Below, in pieces: positions 28,006 through 36,919 of a stretch of DNA of 64,000 nucleotides. The DNA comes from Burkholderiales bacterium. Its GTDB lineage: Bacteria > Pseudomonadota > Gammaproteobacteria > Burkholderiales > SG8-41. The position numbers and the translations under genes were made by a program. The first letter of the stretch is position 1. Every line of letters begins with the position of its first letter. The notes beneath the pieces are model-generated. The model was not told the DNA's origin, did no database searches, and worked only from the letters and a program-made list of their open reading frames with translations. Where the stretch lies: NCBI GenBank assembly GCA_019749945.1, contig JAIEPF010000016.1:13596-77595 (forward strand), read 5' to 3'.

Positions 28006-29205
28006 ATGGCGGTGAGCAGCGAGCGATTTTATTCCGCATTGCCTGTGATCACCGACTTCGAGGCGATCACGCTTGCGGAGAGTTATGCGGCATTGCCCGA
28101 CGACTGGCATGTCGCGTTGTGCGACGTGCGCAATTCCACCGCCGCGGTCACCGAAGGCAAATACCGCAACGTCAATTCGATCGGCGCCGCAGCGATCACC
28201 GCGATCATCAATGCCGCCGGTGAGGTCGAGGTGCCGTTCAGTTTCGAGGGGGACGGCAGCCTGGTGTGCGTACCGCAGCAGTTGCTGGAGGTTACCCGCG
28301 CTGCACTGGCAAAGACACAGCAGGTCGCACGCGATGCCTTCGGCCTTGATCTGCGCATCGCGACGGTGCCGGTGACGGCTATTCGCGCCGCTGGGTTTTC
28401 GGTGCGGGTGGCGCGTTACCGCGTTTCCGAGAACTATATACAGGCGGTGTTTTCCGGCGGCGGTGTTGCCTGCGCCGACAGCCTGATCAAGGACCCGGCC
28501 ACCGAGGCGATATATGCCATCGCGCCTGGCAGCGTGGAGCCGCGCGGCAGCTTCGACGGTTTCGAGTGCCGCTGGGAGGATATACCCAGCCGCCACGGTG
28601 AGACGGTGAGCCTGATGGTGCTGGCGCTGCATTACGAACCCGAGCGTGCGGCGGCGGTGTACCGCGAGGTGATCCGCAAGGTGCGCGAAATTTACGGTGA
28701 CGAGGATGCCTGTCATCCGGTGTCGGTGCCGCAGCTGGCGATGACGCTGAAGTCGGATTTGCTTGCCGACGAACTGGGCGTGCGCACCGGCAAGGCTGGG
28801 GGATTTGACCGCTGGCGGCGGCTGATGAAAACGCGCGGGATCGTGCTGCTGGGCAGAGCGCTGATGCATTTCGGCATGCAAACCGAGGAAACCGACTGGA
28901 GTCAGTACAAGGCGACGCTGGCGCGCAACTCCGACGTGCGCAAATTCTCCGATGTCTACCGGCAGATTCTCGCCGGTAACGAGGCGCAGCGGCTGGCGCT
29001 TGATGCCTGGCTGCAGCAGCAGTTCAAGCGGCGCCAGTTGTTGTACGGTCTTCACGTCACTGATCGCGCCCACATGACCTGCCTGGTGTTCGATTATTCC
29101 GGCCGCCATCTGCATTTCATCGACGGCGCCGACGGCGGGCTGTTTCTCGCGGCCAAGGCGTTCAAGGACCGGGCGAACCAGTACGTCAGCCGTACCGGAG
29201 TCTAG
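28006..29205 (+). CDS. DUF3095-like protein (possible nucleotidyl-cyclase-type fold)
   Basis: 399 aa. The N-terminal pattern FYSALPVITDF...W.VALCDVRNSTAAV..GKYRNVN..GAA.I.A..N....E.PF.FEGDG recalls DUF3095 as I remember it. Confidence 0.65.
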   Translation: MAVSSERFYSALPVITDFEAITLAESYAALPDDWHVALCDVRNSTAAVTEGKYRNVNSIGAAAITAIINAAGEVEVPFSFEGDGSLVCVPQQLLEVTRAALAKTQQVARDAFGLDLRIATVPVTAIRAAGFSVRVARYRVSENYIQAVFSGGGVACADSLIKDPATEAIYAIAPGSVEPRGSFDGFECRWEDIPSRHGETVSLMVLALHYEPERAAAVYREVIRKVREIYGDEDACHPVSVPQLAMTLKSDLLADELGVRTGKAGGFDRWRRLMKTRGIVLLGRALMHFGMQTEETDWSQYKATLARNSDVRKFSDVYRQILAGNEAQRLALDAWLQQQFKRRQLLYGLHVTDRAHMTCLVFDYSGRHLHFIDGADGGLFLAAKAFKDRANQYVSRTGV

Positions 29206-29351
29206 AACAGAGAACAACATAACCTGTTGTTATTAAAAGATATTTTATTCTATACCGTCGGACACCAGTTTTGCTTTCATCGGGGCTGGCGTGTATTGTC
29301 ATTTTCATGACGATCCGGACGCCGATCCGACGCCACCAGGGAGAGAGAACC

Positions 29352-30317
29352 ATGACGCATCATTTGCCGAAGCTGCTGTTTGCAGTTGCCGCAGTGGTTT
29401 CGTTGCAGGTCACGGCACAGGATTACCCGACACGCTCGATCCGGGTGGTGGTGCCGTTTCCGCCGGGCGGCGCCGGCGACACTCTGGCGCGGCTGATTGC
29501 GCCGCCGGTTTCAAAAGCGCTGGGCCAGAACATGGTGATCGAAAGCCGCACCGGCGCCAACACCGTGATCGCCACCGAGGTCGTGGCGCGCGCGCCGGCC
29601 GACGGCCATACCCTGCTGGTGATGGCGACGAGTTTCACGGTGAATCCGTTCGCCTATTCAAAACTGCCTTATGACACGCTGCGCGATTTTCACGGCGTGA
29701 CGCGGATGGTCTATAACCCGCTGATTTTCTGTACGCATCCGTCACTGCCGGTGAAAACCATGAAGGAACTTGTGGCGCTGGCGAAGGCGCGGCCCGGCGA
29801 GCTGACCTGGGCCGTGTCGAGCATCATCGGCGGCGGCCGCATTGCCGGGGAGCTGTTCAAGGAGATCGCGAAAATCGACATGATCAACGTGCCCTATGGC
29901 GGCGGCGCGCCGGCGGCGACCGCAGTCCTCGGCGGTCACACCAGCATGATCGTCGGCAATGTGCTCGAGTGCGTGCCGCACGTATTGTCGGGCAAGTTGC
30001 GCGGCATCGCGGTGACCTCGGCGCAACGCGCCGAGATTCTGCCGAACGTGCCGACCGTGGATGAATCGGGGTGGCCGGGTTTTGAGTCACTGAACTGGTT
30101 CGGCATCGTGGTCCGCGCCGGCACGCCGCGGCCGATCATCGAGCGCTTGTCAGGAGAAATCGGCAAGTCGCTGCAGACACCGGAGGCGCGCACGGTGCTG
30201 ATGAAGCAGGGTTTTACCGCAGGCACAATGACGCCCGCAGACTACGACGCCTACATCCGCAACGAGATGCAGCGCAACGAGAAAATCCTGAAAAAACTGA
30301 ACCTGAAGCTCGATTAG
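29352..30317 (+). CDS. Bug family substrate-binding protein
   Basis: Signal peptide, then QDYPTRSIRVVVPFPPGGAGD. Start chosen at the ATG after GGGAGAGAG. Confidence 0.85.
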   Translation: MTHHLPKLLFAVAAVVSLQVTAQDYPTRSIRVVVPFPPGGAGDTLARLIAPPVSKALGQNMVIESRTGANTVIATEVVARAPADGHTLLVMATSFTVNPFAYSKLPYDTLRDFHGVTRMVYNPLIFCTHPSLPVKTMKELVALAKARPGELTWAVSSIIGGGRIAGELFKEIAKIDMINVPYGGGAPAATAVLGGHTSMIVGNVLECVPHVLSGKLRGIAVTSAQRAEILPNVPTVDESGWPGFESLNWFGIVVRAGTPRPIIERLSGEIGKSLQTPEARTVLMKQGFTAGTMTPADYDAYIRNEMQRNEKILKKLNLKLD

Positions 30318-30380
30318 CCCGGAAATAAAAGCAGAAATGCGGCAGCGGTGCGGCCCGACCGGGCGGCACCATGCATCAGG

Positions 30381-30956
30381 TCAGCGCATTTTTTCCAGCA
30401 CTTCGAGCAGTTCATCGTTGGGCATGATGCCGCGGGGATCTTCAACCTTGGCGTAGCGGATGACCCCCTCCCTGTCGATGATGAACCATGAGCGTTTCGC
30501 GCGCAGGTAGCCGGCGATGCGCTTGGCATCATTGGCCATTGCCGGATTGTCGTTGAGCACGCCGTAATCACGGGTCATTATCCGGCGCGTGTCACTCAGC
30601 AACGGGAACTTCAGGCCGAGTTTTTCGGCGAACACCGTATTGGCGGCGTTGAAATCGACACTGATGCCCAGAACCTGGGCATTGGCGGCCTCGAACTTGG
30701 GGAGATCAAGCTGGAAGGCCACGATTTCGGTCGTTCAGGTGTCGGTGAAGGCGCCGATATAGAAGAACAGCACCACGTTTTTCTTGCCGAGATAATCGGC
30801 AAGCGCCACCGGTTTGCCGGTGGATGAGATGACCGAAAAGGCGGGGGCCTTGTCGCCAACCTTCAGGGTCTGCGCCTGGGCAGTCCCGGCGAACAGCGCA
30901 GCGCTTCCCAGCAAACCCGCCGCGATCCAGCGTTGCAACAACGACATCCGGGACAT
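30381..30956 (-). CDS. Exported peroxiredoxin (AhpC/TSA-Bcp type) with an in-frame TGA at the peroxidatic position; candidate selenoprotein
   Basis: ORFs 30735-31058 and 30381-30722 are in the same frame and separated only by TGA (30735-30737). The readthrough gives VVLFFYIGAFTDT-U-TTEIVAF, matching the Prx motif FTxxCxxE. Signal peptide present; AGGAGG before ATG 30956. No other Cys after the signal peptide. Confidence 0.7.
30687..30720 (-). other. Candidate SECIS-like hairpin for the Prx-like gene (weak)
   Basis: Interrupted 12-bp hairpin GGCCUUccAGCUUG-AUCUCCC-CAAGUUcGAGGCC starting 14 nt after the UGA. The loop lacks G. A tighter hairpin AUGCCCAG-GUU-CUGGGCAU lies further downstream (~52 nt). 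Confidence 0.25.
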
Positions 30957-30981
30957 GGAGCACCTCCTGTGGTGGTGAAAA

Positions 30982-31512
30982 TCATTGTTTGGCGAGTTTG
31001 CGCGCGTAATTGCGCAGCACCTGGCCGTCAAAATCGACGTGGCCCAGGCCGCGCGCATTGATCATGCCCTTTTTGTCGACGATCACGGTGGACGGCACGC
31101 CGCGTACGCCGAAGCCGCGCGCAACATCCATGTTCTGATCAAGCAGTGCGGGCAGGGAATAGCCGCCCTTGGCGAACACCGGTTTGACCGCGGCCTCGCC
31201 GGTGCCGTCGATGGAAATGGTGATGACGTTGATGCCGTCTTTTTTCAGCTCGTCATGTGCCCTCTGCACGGAGGGCATTTCGCGGACGCAGCTACTTCAC
31301 CAGGAGGCCCAGAAGCGGATCACCGTGACCTTGTTGCGCAGGTCGGCATCGCTGCCGCTGGTGCCGTTGAGCCCCGGAAGCTTGAACACCGGCATGGGAA
31401 CCGGTGGTGAAACCGGCGCCAGCGTATCGCCGAGCGCAGGTTGTGCCAGTACGAAGCCGAACATGCAGCACGCGGCAATCAGGGATTTGAGGCTTGTCGT
31501 TGTCAGGGGCAT
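30982..31512 (-). CDS. TlpA/ResA-like thioredoxin-fold thiol:disulfide oxidoreductase with an in-frame TGA in a UxxC motif; candidate selenoprotein
   Basis: ORFs 31297-31545 and 30982-31278 are in the same frame and separated only by TGA (31297-31299). The readthrough gives VIRFWASW-U-SSCVREMP, matching FWAxWCxxCxxEMP. Hydrophobic N-terminal leader. Start is ATG 31512 (GGGAG upstream) or 31545. Confidence 0.7.
31258..31277 (-). other. Candidate bacterial SECIS hairpin for the TlpA-like gene
   Basis: The mRNA segment UGCCCUC-CGUGCA-GAGGGCA forms a 7-bp perfect stem with a G-containing 6-nt loop. It starts 19 nt downstream of the UGA. Confidence 0.4.
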
Positions 31513-31665
31513 GGGAACTCCCGTAATTAACAGCGTGGTTAACATCTGTCCCGGGGATTCTAATCCGAATGACGCCTTGGCGAAGGTTTACGATGCGGCC
31601 CGTTCGTTGGTTGTCATGGACAGGGCCCCGGCGGTCGCATGCGCGCGACGCCTGGGTAATCCAGA

Positions 31666-32628
31666 TTACTGCGGTTCGATGCCCGCAGCCTTGGCGATAT
31701 CAGCGAAACGTTTGACGTCAGCGCGGAACTGCTTGGCCCAGACTTCCGGCGGATCGCCGTTGGGCTCGTAGCCGTTGTCGATGAAGTGGGCATGGATCTT
31801 CGGCTCCTGCAGCGCCTTGTGGATGGCCTGCTGCAGTTTCCTGGCGACGGGCATCGGCATTTTGGCTGGACCGAACACGCCGTGCCAGCCGGCATCGGCC
31901 ACGTAACCGTTGACCGTTTCGCCGACGGTCGGGATTTCCGGCAGCGAGGCCAGACGCTTGGCGCCGGTGAAGGCGATGGCGCGGACGCGACCGGCCTTGT
32001 GTTGCGGCACACCGACCGAACCCGCGGGGAAATGCACCTGCACTTCACCGCCGGCAACGGCGGCGACGGCCGGGCCGCCGCCCTTGTAGGGCACATGCAG
32101 CATGTCGATTTTGGCCATGGTGTTGAGCAGCGCGCCCGCCAGATGCTGGCCGTTGCCGACCCCAGCGGTGCTGTAGCGCAAGGGCTGTTTTTTTGCGGCC
32201 TCAATAAGTTCGGCGGTGTTTTTGACCGGCAGCTTGGGATTGACGACGACCAGATAACCCAGGCCGGTGGCGACATTGGTGACCGGCAGGAAGTCGCGAA
32301 CCACATCAAACGGCATTTTTTTCATGATCGCCGGATTCACCGCAAAACCGAACGAAGTGTTCATGATGGTGTAACCGTCGGGGTTGGCATTCTTGACGGT
32401 GTCCGCGCCGACGATGCCGTTGGCGCCGCCACGGTTGTCGATGACGAAAGTCGCACCGAGTTCGGTTTCAACCTGTTTGAACAGCACGCGGGAGAACACG
32501 TCGACGTTGCCGCCGGCGGGGAAAGGCACGATCAGCCGGATCGGCCGGTTCGGGTATTGCTGGGCGATGCAATGGCCCGCCAGTGAGAGCGCAAGCAGGC
32601 CGAGCATAATGGAAATACTGCGCTGCAT
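31666..32628 (-). CDS. Bug family substrate-binding protein
   Basis: Signal peptide, then QQYPNRPIRLIVPFPAGGNVD. GGAGGAG before ATG 32628. Confidence 0.85.
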   Translation of the reverse strand: MQRSISIMLGLLALSLAGHCIAQQYPNRPIRLIVPFPAGGNVDVFSRVLFKQVETELGATFVIDNRGGANGIVGADTVKNANPDGYTIMNTSFGFAVNPAIMKKMPFDVVRDFLPVTNVATGLGYLVVVNPKLPVKNTAELIEAAKKQPLRYSTAGVGNGQHLAGALLNTMAKIDMLHVPYKGGGPAVAAVAGGEVQVHFPAGSVGVPQHKAGRVRAIAFTGAKRLASLPEIPTVGETVNGYVADAGWHGVFGPAKMPMPVARKLQQAIHKALQEPKIHAHFIDNGYEPNGDPPEVWAKQFRADVKRFADIAKAAGIEPQ

Positions 32629-32813
32629 GATGTCTCCTCCGATGTTTTTGAACATGGATGCCGGGTGCGCGGATTTTTGGCTGCGCTTCGTTTGCTGCGT
32701 CACCGACAGGTTCATTTTAGTGGTACCGGCGGTCATGCAGGAAATAAGTTGGGCCGGGCCGGAATCGGGTAATCTGCGCGGCAATCAATGATTGCAGGCA
32801 AAGGGAGTGGAAT

Positions 32814-33794
32814 TTGGGAAAACCGGTCGTACTGGTGACTGCGGCAACGGTCTCCGAACTGGCGCAGAAGCTGCTGCGGGAAGGTGGCGCCGATATCGAG
32901 TTCATGCCGGGTGCCGTAGACGAGGATGCGCTGGCAACGGCTCTGGCAAGGGACCATGTTGCCGCAGTGTTGCTGCGCGGTTCGCCGCCGCTGACGGAGC
33001 GTGTGTTTGCCGCCGCCCGCGGCCTGAAAATTGTCGCCAAACATGGCGCCGGCGTCGATTCGGTGGATATGGCCAGCGCCACCCGACACGGTATTGCGGT
33101 GATGGTCGCCGGCGGCGCCAATGCCGATGCGGTGGCCGAACATGCGCTGACCCTGATGTTGTGTCTGGCGCGGGAGGTGCCGCGTTTTGACCGTGAGACC
33201 CGCTGTGGCGCGTGGCGCGACCTGAAACATTTCACCCGTGAATTCCATACCCTGACCGTCGGCATCGTCGGTTACGGCCAGATTGGCGAACGCACTGCCC
33301 GACTGGTACAGGCCTGCGGCGCAAAGGTGGTGGTGCATACCCGTTCCAAACCCGCACTGCCGGAGGGCATGACGCTGGAAACCGACCTCGAGCGTCTGCT
33401 GGAGCGCGTCGATGTTTTGAGCCTGCATTGCCCGTTGACGGACAAGACCCGCGGCATGATCGGCGCCGCCCGGTTCGCGCGCATGAAGCCGGGCGCCATT
33501 GTGGTCAACACCGCGCGCGGGCCGATCATCGACGAGCCGGCGCTGGTGGCGGCGCTAAAGAGCGGAACAATCGCCGGCGCCGGACTGGATACTTTCGCAA
33601 CGGAGCCGCCTGATGCGGCGAATCCGTTGTTTGCATTGCCCAATGTGCTGGTTACGCCGCATATCGCCGCCGCGACCACCGACGCCATGGTGCGTATGGG
33701 CACGATCGCTGCCAGCAACATCACCAGCTACCTGCGCGGAGAGGTATACGACAGGCGCAATTTTCTGAATCCGGAGGTATTCAAAGGCGTTTGA
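32814..33794 (+). CDS. D-isomer-specific 2-hydroxyacid dehydrogenase
   Basis: NAD-binding segment GIVGYGQIGERTA and catalytic region NTARG...TPHIA. TTG start after AAGGGAG. Confidence 0.85.
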   Translation: MGKPVVLVTAATVSELAQKLLREGGADIEFMPGAVDEDALATALARDHVAAVLLRGSPPLTERVFAAARGLKIVAKHGAGVDSVDMASATRHGIAVMVAGGANADAVAEHALTLMLCLAREVPRFDRETRCGAWRDLKHFTREFHTLTVGIVGYGQIGERTARLVQACGAKVVVHTRSKPALPEGMTLETDLERLLERVDVLSLHCPLTDKTRGMIGAARFARMKPGAIVVNTARGPIIDEPALVAALKSGTIAGAGLDTFATEPPDAANPLFALPNVLVTPHIAAATTDAMVRMGTIAASNITSYLRGEVYDRRNFLNPEVFKGV

Positions 33795-33893
33795 TGTAAA
33801 AAATGCAGAACGTATTGTGGTCGCTTGCTGGCACGGAAGGCGGCTGCCATGTTCAACTATCGGGGTCAGATACCACTCTCTGGGGATACAAAA

Positions 33894-34682
33894 ATGGCTG
33901 CAGACAGGATACTTGCCGGCAAGGAAGGCCCGATCGGCTTCCTGATTTTCAACAACCCCGAGCGCCGCAACGCGGTGTCGCTGGAAATGTGGCAGCGTGC
34001 CGGAGAGGTGCTCACGGAATTTGCCGGCGATGACGGCGTAAGGGTAATCGTGCTGACCGGCGCGGGCGACAAATCCTTCGTCTCCGGCGCGGACATTTCG
34101 AGATTTGAAAGTGAGCGCGCCAATGCGGAGGCGCAGGAAAAATACACCAAGACCTCCTCGGGCATGCGCAAAATACTGCGCGAGGTCGGCAAACCTACCA
34201 TCGCGATGATCCGCGGCTATTGCATCGGCGGCGGCATGTCGCTGGCCTTGAGCTGCGACATGCGCATCTGCTCCGACGACGCCCAGTTCGGCATCCCGGC
34301 GGCGCGCCTCGGCATCGGTTACGGCATCGAAGGCCTGGGCCGGCTGGTGGAACTGGTCGGCCCTTCGGCAGCCAAGGAATTCATCTACACGGCGCGCCGC
34401 TACAATGCCGACGAGGCGCTGCGCATGGGTATCGTCAATCGGGTGTTTCCGGCGCAGGCGCTGGGTGCCGCGGTGCGCGAAATGGCGAACGGCATGGCGG
34501 ACAACGCGCCGCTGTCGATCCTGACCGCAAAACGCGTGGTCGATGAACTGATGAAAGACCCAGCCAAGCGTAATGTCGCGTTGTGCGAACAGTTGGTCAA
34601 GGATTGTGGCGCGAGCGAAGATTTCATCGAAGGCCGCCGCGCGTTCATGGAAAAACGCAAACCGGTGTTCAAGGGGCGCTGA
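33894..34682 (+). CDS. Enoyl-CoA hydratase/isomerase family protein
   Basis: Crotonase motifs (FNNPERRNA, VLTGAGDKSFVSGADI, GYCIGGG). The start is uncertain (33825, 33849 or 33894). Confidence 0.8.
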   Translation: MAADRILAGKEGPIGFLIFNNPERRNAVSLEMWQRAGEVLTEFAGDDGVRVIVLTGAGDKSFVSGADISRFESERANAEAQEKYTKTSSGMRKILREVGKPTIAMIRGYCIGGGMSLALSCDMRICSDDAQFGIPAARLGIGYGIEGLGRLVELVGPSAAKEFIYTARRYNADEALRMGIVNRVFPAQALGAAVREMANGMADNAPLSILTAKRVVDELMKDPAKRNVALCEQLVKDCGASEDFIEGRRAFMEKRKPVFKGR

Positions 34683-34684
34683 TA

Positions 34685-35686
34685 ATGAAGCAACGCAATT
34701 CCGCGTGGTACCGATTCGGCAGGGTTACCGCCGCAGTGTTGTTTGCGGCATGGAGCGGCGCGTCCGTTGCGGCTGACGCAACCAGCGGTTATCCCAATCG
34801 CCCGGTGCGCTTCATCGTCGCCCAGGCTGCGGGCGGTAACGCCGACTTTGTCGCGCGCATGGTTGCTGCCGAGCTGGTAAAAAAACTGGGGCAGCAGTTC
34901 GTGGTTGACAATCGCTCCGGTGGCGGTGGTGGCGTGCTCGCTGCCGACATGGTGGCCAAGGCCAACCCGGATGGCTATACGATGCTGCTCGTCGGCAGTT
35001 CCTTTGGCGTCAATCCCAGCATCTACAAAAAACTGCCTTACGACTCGGAGCGTGATCTTGCACCGATTACGCTGGCGTCCACCGCATCGCAGATCCTGGT
35101 GGTCAACCCCTCCTTGCCGGTGAACACCGTGCAGGACCTGATCAAACTCGCCCAGGCCAGGCCTGGTGAACTGAATTTCGGTTCTTCGGGCAATGGCGGC
35201 GGCCCGCATCTGGCGGGGGAACTCTTTAACCTGATGGCGAAGACGAAGATGACCCACATTCCGTACAAGGGTGCTTCGGGTTCCATTCTTGATCTGCTGT
35301 CCGGACGGATCCAGGTGGTGTTCGCCACCATGCCTTCGGTGATGTCGCACATCCGGTCGAACAAACTGCGCGGTGTCGCGGTGACCAGTCTCGAACGCTC
35401 GGCGCTGGTGCCGGAGCTGCCGACGATTTCCGAGGCAGGGTTGAAGGGATTCCAGTCGGGCACCTGGCAGGGAATATTTGTGCCGCGCGGTACGCCCGAG
35501 CCGATCATCAAACTGCTCAACCGCGAAATCGTTGCTGTCGTGAAATTGCCAGAGGTGCGCAAACGTTTCGAGCTGGAGGGCGGTGTGCCGGTGGGCAATA
35601 CGCCGCATGAATTTGCCGTATGGCTGCACGCGGAAATCGCGAAATGGGCGAAAGTGGTCAAGGCGGCGAACATCACGCTGGAATAG
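34685..35686 (+). CDS. Bug family substrate-binding protein
   Basis: Signal peptide, then SGYPNRPVRFIVAQAAGGNAD. The ATG lies 2 nt after the upstream stop. Confidence 0.85.
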   Translation: MKQRNSAWYRFGRVTAAVLFAAWSGASVAADATSGYPNRPVRFIVAQAAGGNADFVARMVAAELVKKLGQQFVVDNRSGGGGGVLAADMVAKANPDGYTMLLVGSSFGVNPSIYKKLPYDSERDLAPITLASTASQILVVNPSLPVNTVQDLIKLAQARPGELNFGSSGNGGGPHLAGELFNLMAKTKMTHIPYKGASGSILDLLSGRIQVVFATMPSVMSHIRSNKLRGVAVTSLERSALVPELPTISEAGLKGFQSGTWQGIFVPRGTPEPIIKLLNREIVAVVKLPEVRKRFELEGGVPVGNTPHEFAVWLHAEIAKWAKVVKAANITLE

Positions 35687-35701
35687 AGTAAAGAGGGCAG
35701 C

Positions 35702-36721
35702 ATGGCGAAGCGCTGGAAAAACCGCCCCGAGGGTTCGAACTGGGGCGAATTCGGTGACGACGATCAGCATGGTCGGCTGAACCTGCTGACGCCTCAGCGG
35801 CGGCTCGCAGCGATGAAGGAGGTGCAGGCGGGCCTGGTGTTCTGCCTGTCGCACCCGCTCGACAAGCCCGGTGGCAGCGTGCTGAATCCCTTCCGCAAGC
35901 CGCCGGAATTCCACCCGGTGATGCGCGAGGGCAAACTGTATTTCAACCTCGACATGAGCGAGACCAACCCGCGTTACACCGACGTCGGCTCGGATGAGGC
36001 GATTTTCCTGTATTCGCAGTATTCGACGCACTGGGACGGCTTTGCGCACAAGGGCGTGCGTTTTGACGCCGATGGCGACGGAGTCGCAGAGAAGGTTTCG
36101 TACAACGGATTCAGCCTGGTCGATGCGCAGGGCCGTGGCCTGCATGGCGATACCGGCGCGGTGGCCTTGTCGGTGGCGGAGATGGCGGAAACCGGCGTGC
36201 AGGGCCGGGCAGTGCTGGTCGATCTGCGCCACCACTTCGGCGATGCCCGCACTGTCATCACTTGCGAAATGCTGGAAAAGGTCATGAAAGACGACGCGAT
36301 TACCGTGGAGCAGGGCGACATCCTGTGCCTGCACACCGGTCTCGGCCAGTTGATCCGCGATGCCAACGGCAAACTCGACAATGCAATCAAGACGCAGTGC
36401 GCGGTGCTCGACGGCCATGACAAACGGCTGCTGGAGTGGATCTCGGATATCGGCGTGGCGGCGATCGCTGCGGACAACCTCGCAGTTGAGCGCTCCGGCA
36501 CGCTGGGCATAGATCCGCGCATGCCGCACCGCGGACCGCAGCTGCCGTTGCACGAACATTGCTTGGTCAAGCTGGGCATCCACCTCGGCGAATTGTGGTA
36601 TTTCACCGAGCTCGCGGCATGGCTGCGCAAAAACAAACGCAGCCGTTTCCTGCTGACCGCGCCACCGCTCAGAATGCCCGGTGCCGCGGGTTCGCCGGTG
36701 ACGCCGGTTGCGACTGTTTGA
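35702..36721 (+). CDS. Putative cyclase family protein (kynurenine-formamidase-like)
   Basis: 339 aa with the STHWDGFAH motif, resembling the cyclase-family HxGTHxDxPxH. Confidence 0.7.
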   Translation: MAKRWKNRPEGSNWGEFGDDDQHGRLNLLTPQRRLAAMKEVQAGLVFCLSHPLDKPGGSVLNPFRKPPEFHPVMREGKLYFNLDMSETNPRYTDVGSDEAIFLYSQYSTHWDGFAHKGVRFDADGDGVAEKVSYNGFSLVDAQGRGLHGDTGAVALSVAEMAETGVQGRAVLVDLRHHFGDARTVITCEMLEKVMKDDAITVEQGDILCLHTGLGQLIRDANGKLDNAIKTQCAVLDGHDKRLLEWISDIGVAAIAADNLAVERSGTLGIDPRMPHRGPQLPLHEHCLVKLGIHLGELWYFTELAAWLRKNKRSRFLLTAPPLRMPGAAGSPVTPVATV

Positions 36722-36919
36722 GTGCGGATCGAGGCGCGCTTACATTTTTTTACATCCAGGATGTGACGGTTATCACGCTTTTGGGCCTAGTACGGCGCTC
36801 TGGGTGCGCAGACGCACAATCCGGACGGTTTTCCCGGGGTACGATCCTAAGTGCAGGTTTTGCCGCAGCCTGCATTAACTTAACTGGGCTGCGAATTGAT
36901 CAACAGAAAAGGAACAGTC

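Noticed and set aside
27919-29220. 433-aa minus-strand ORF, plus similar antisense ORFs at 26668-27621, 48961-50055, 43374-44812, 15384-16067, 8596-9246 and 60156-60940
   Set aside because: Each lies opposite a gene with clear family motifs. Each also has the Arg/Ala/Gly/Pro-rich composition expected from out-of-frame or antisense reading of GC-rich coding DNA.
30381-31545. Reading the four split ORFs as two ordinary pseudogenes
   Set aside because: Not fully excluded. It is disfavoured because both interruptions are single in-frame TGA codons exactly at the redox-active Cys positions, no other lesions are present, and a SECIS-like hairpin follows at least the TlpA-like UGA.
34400-36583. 727-aa ORF on the minus strand
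   Set aside because: It is antisense to three well-supported plus-strand genes (enoyl-CoA hydratase end, Bug, cyclase). The translation is Arg/His/Gln-rich with no recognisable domain.
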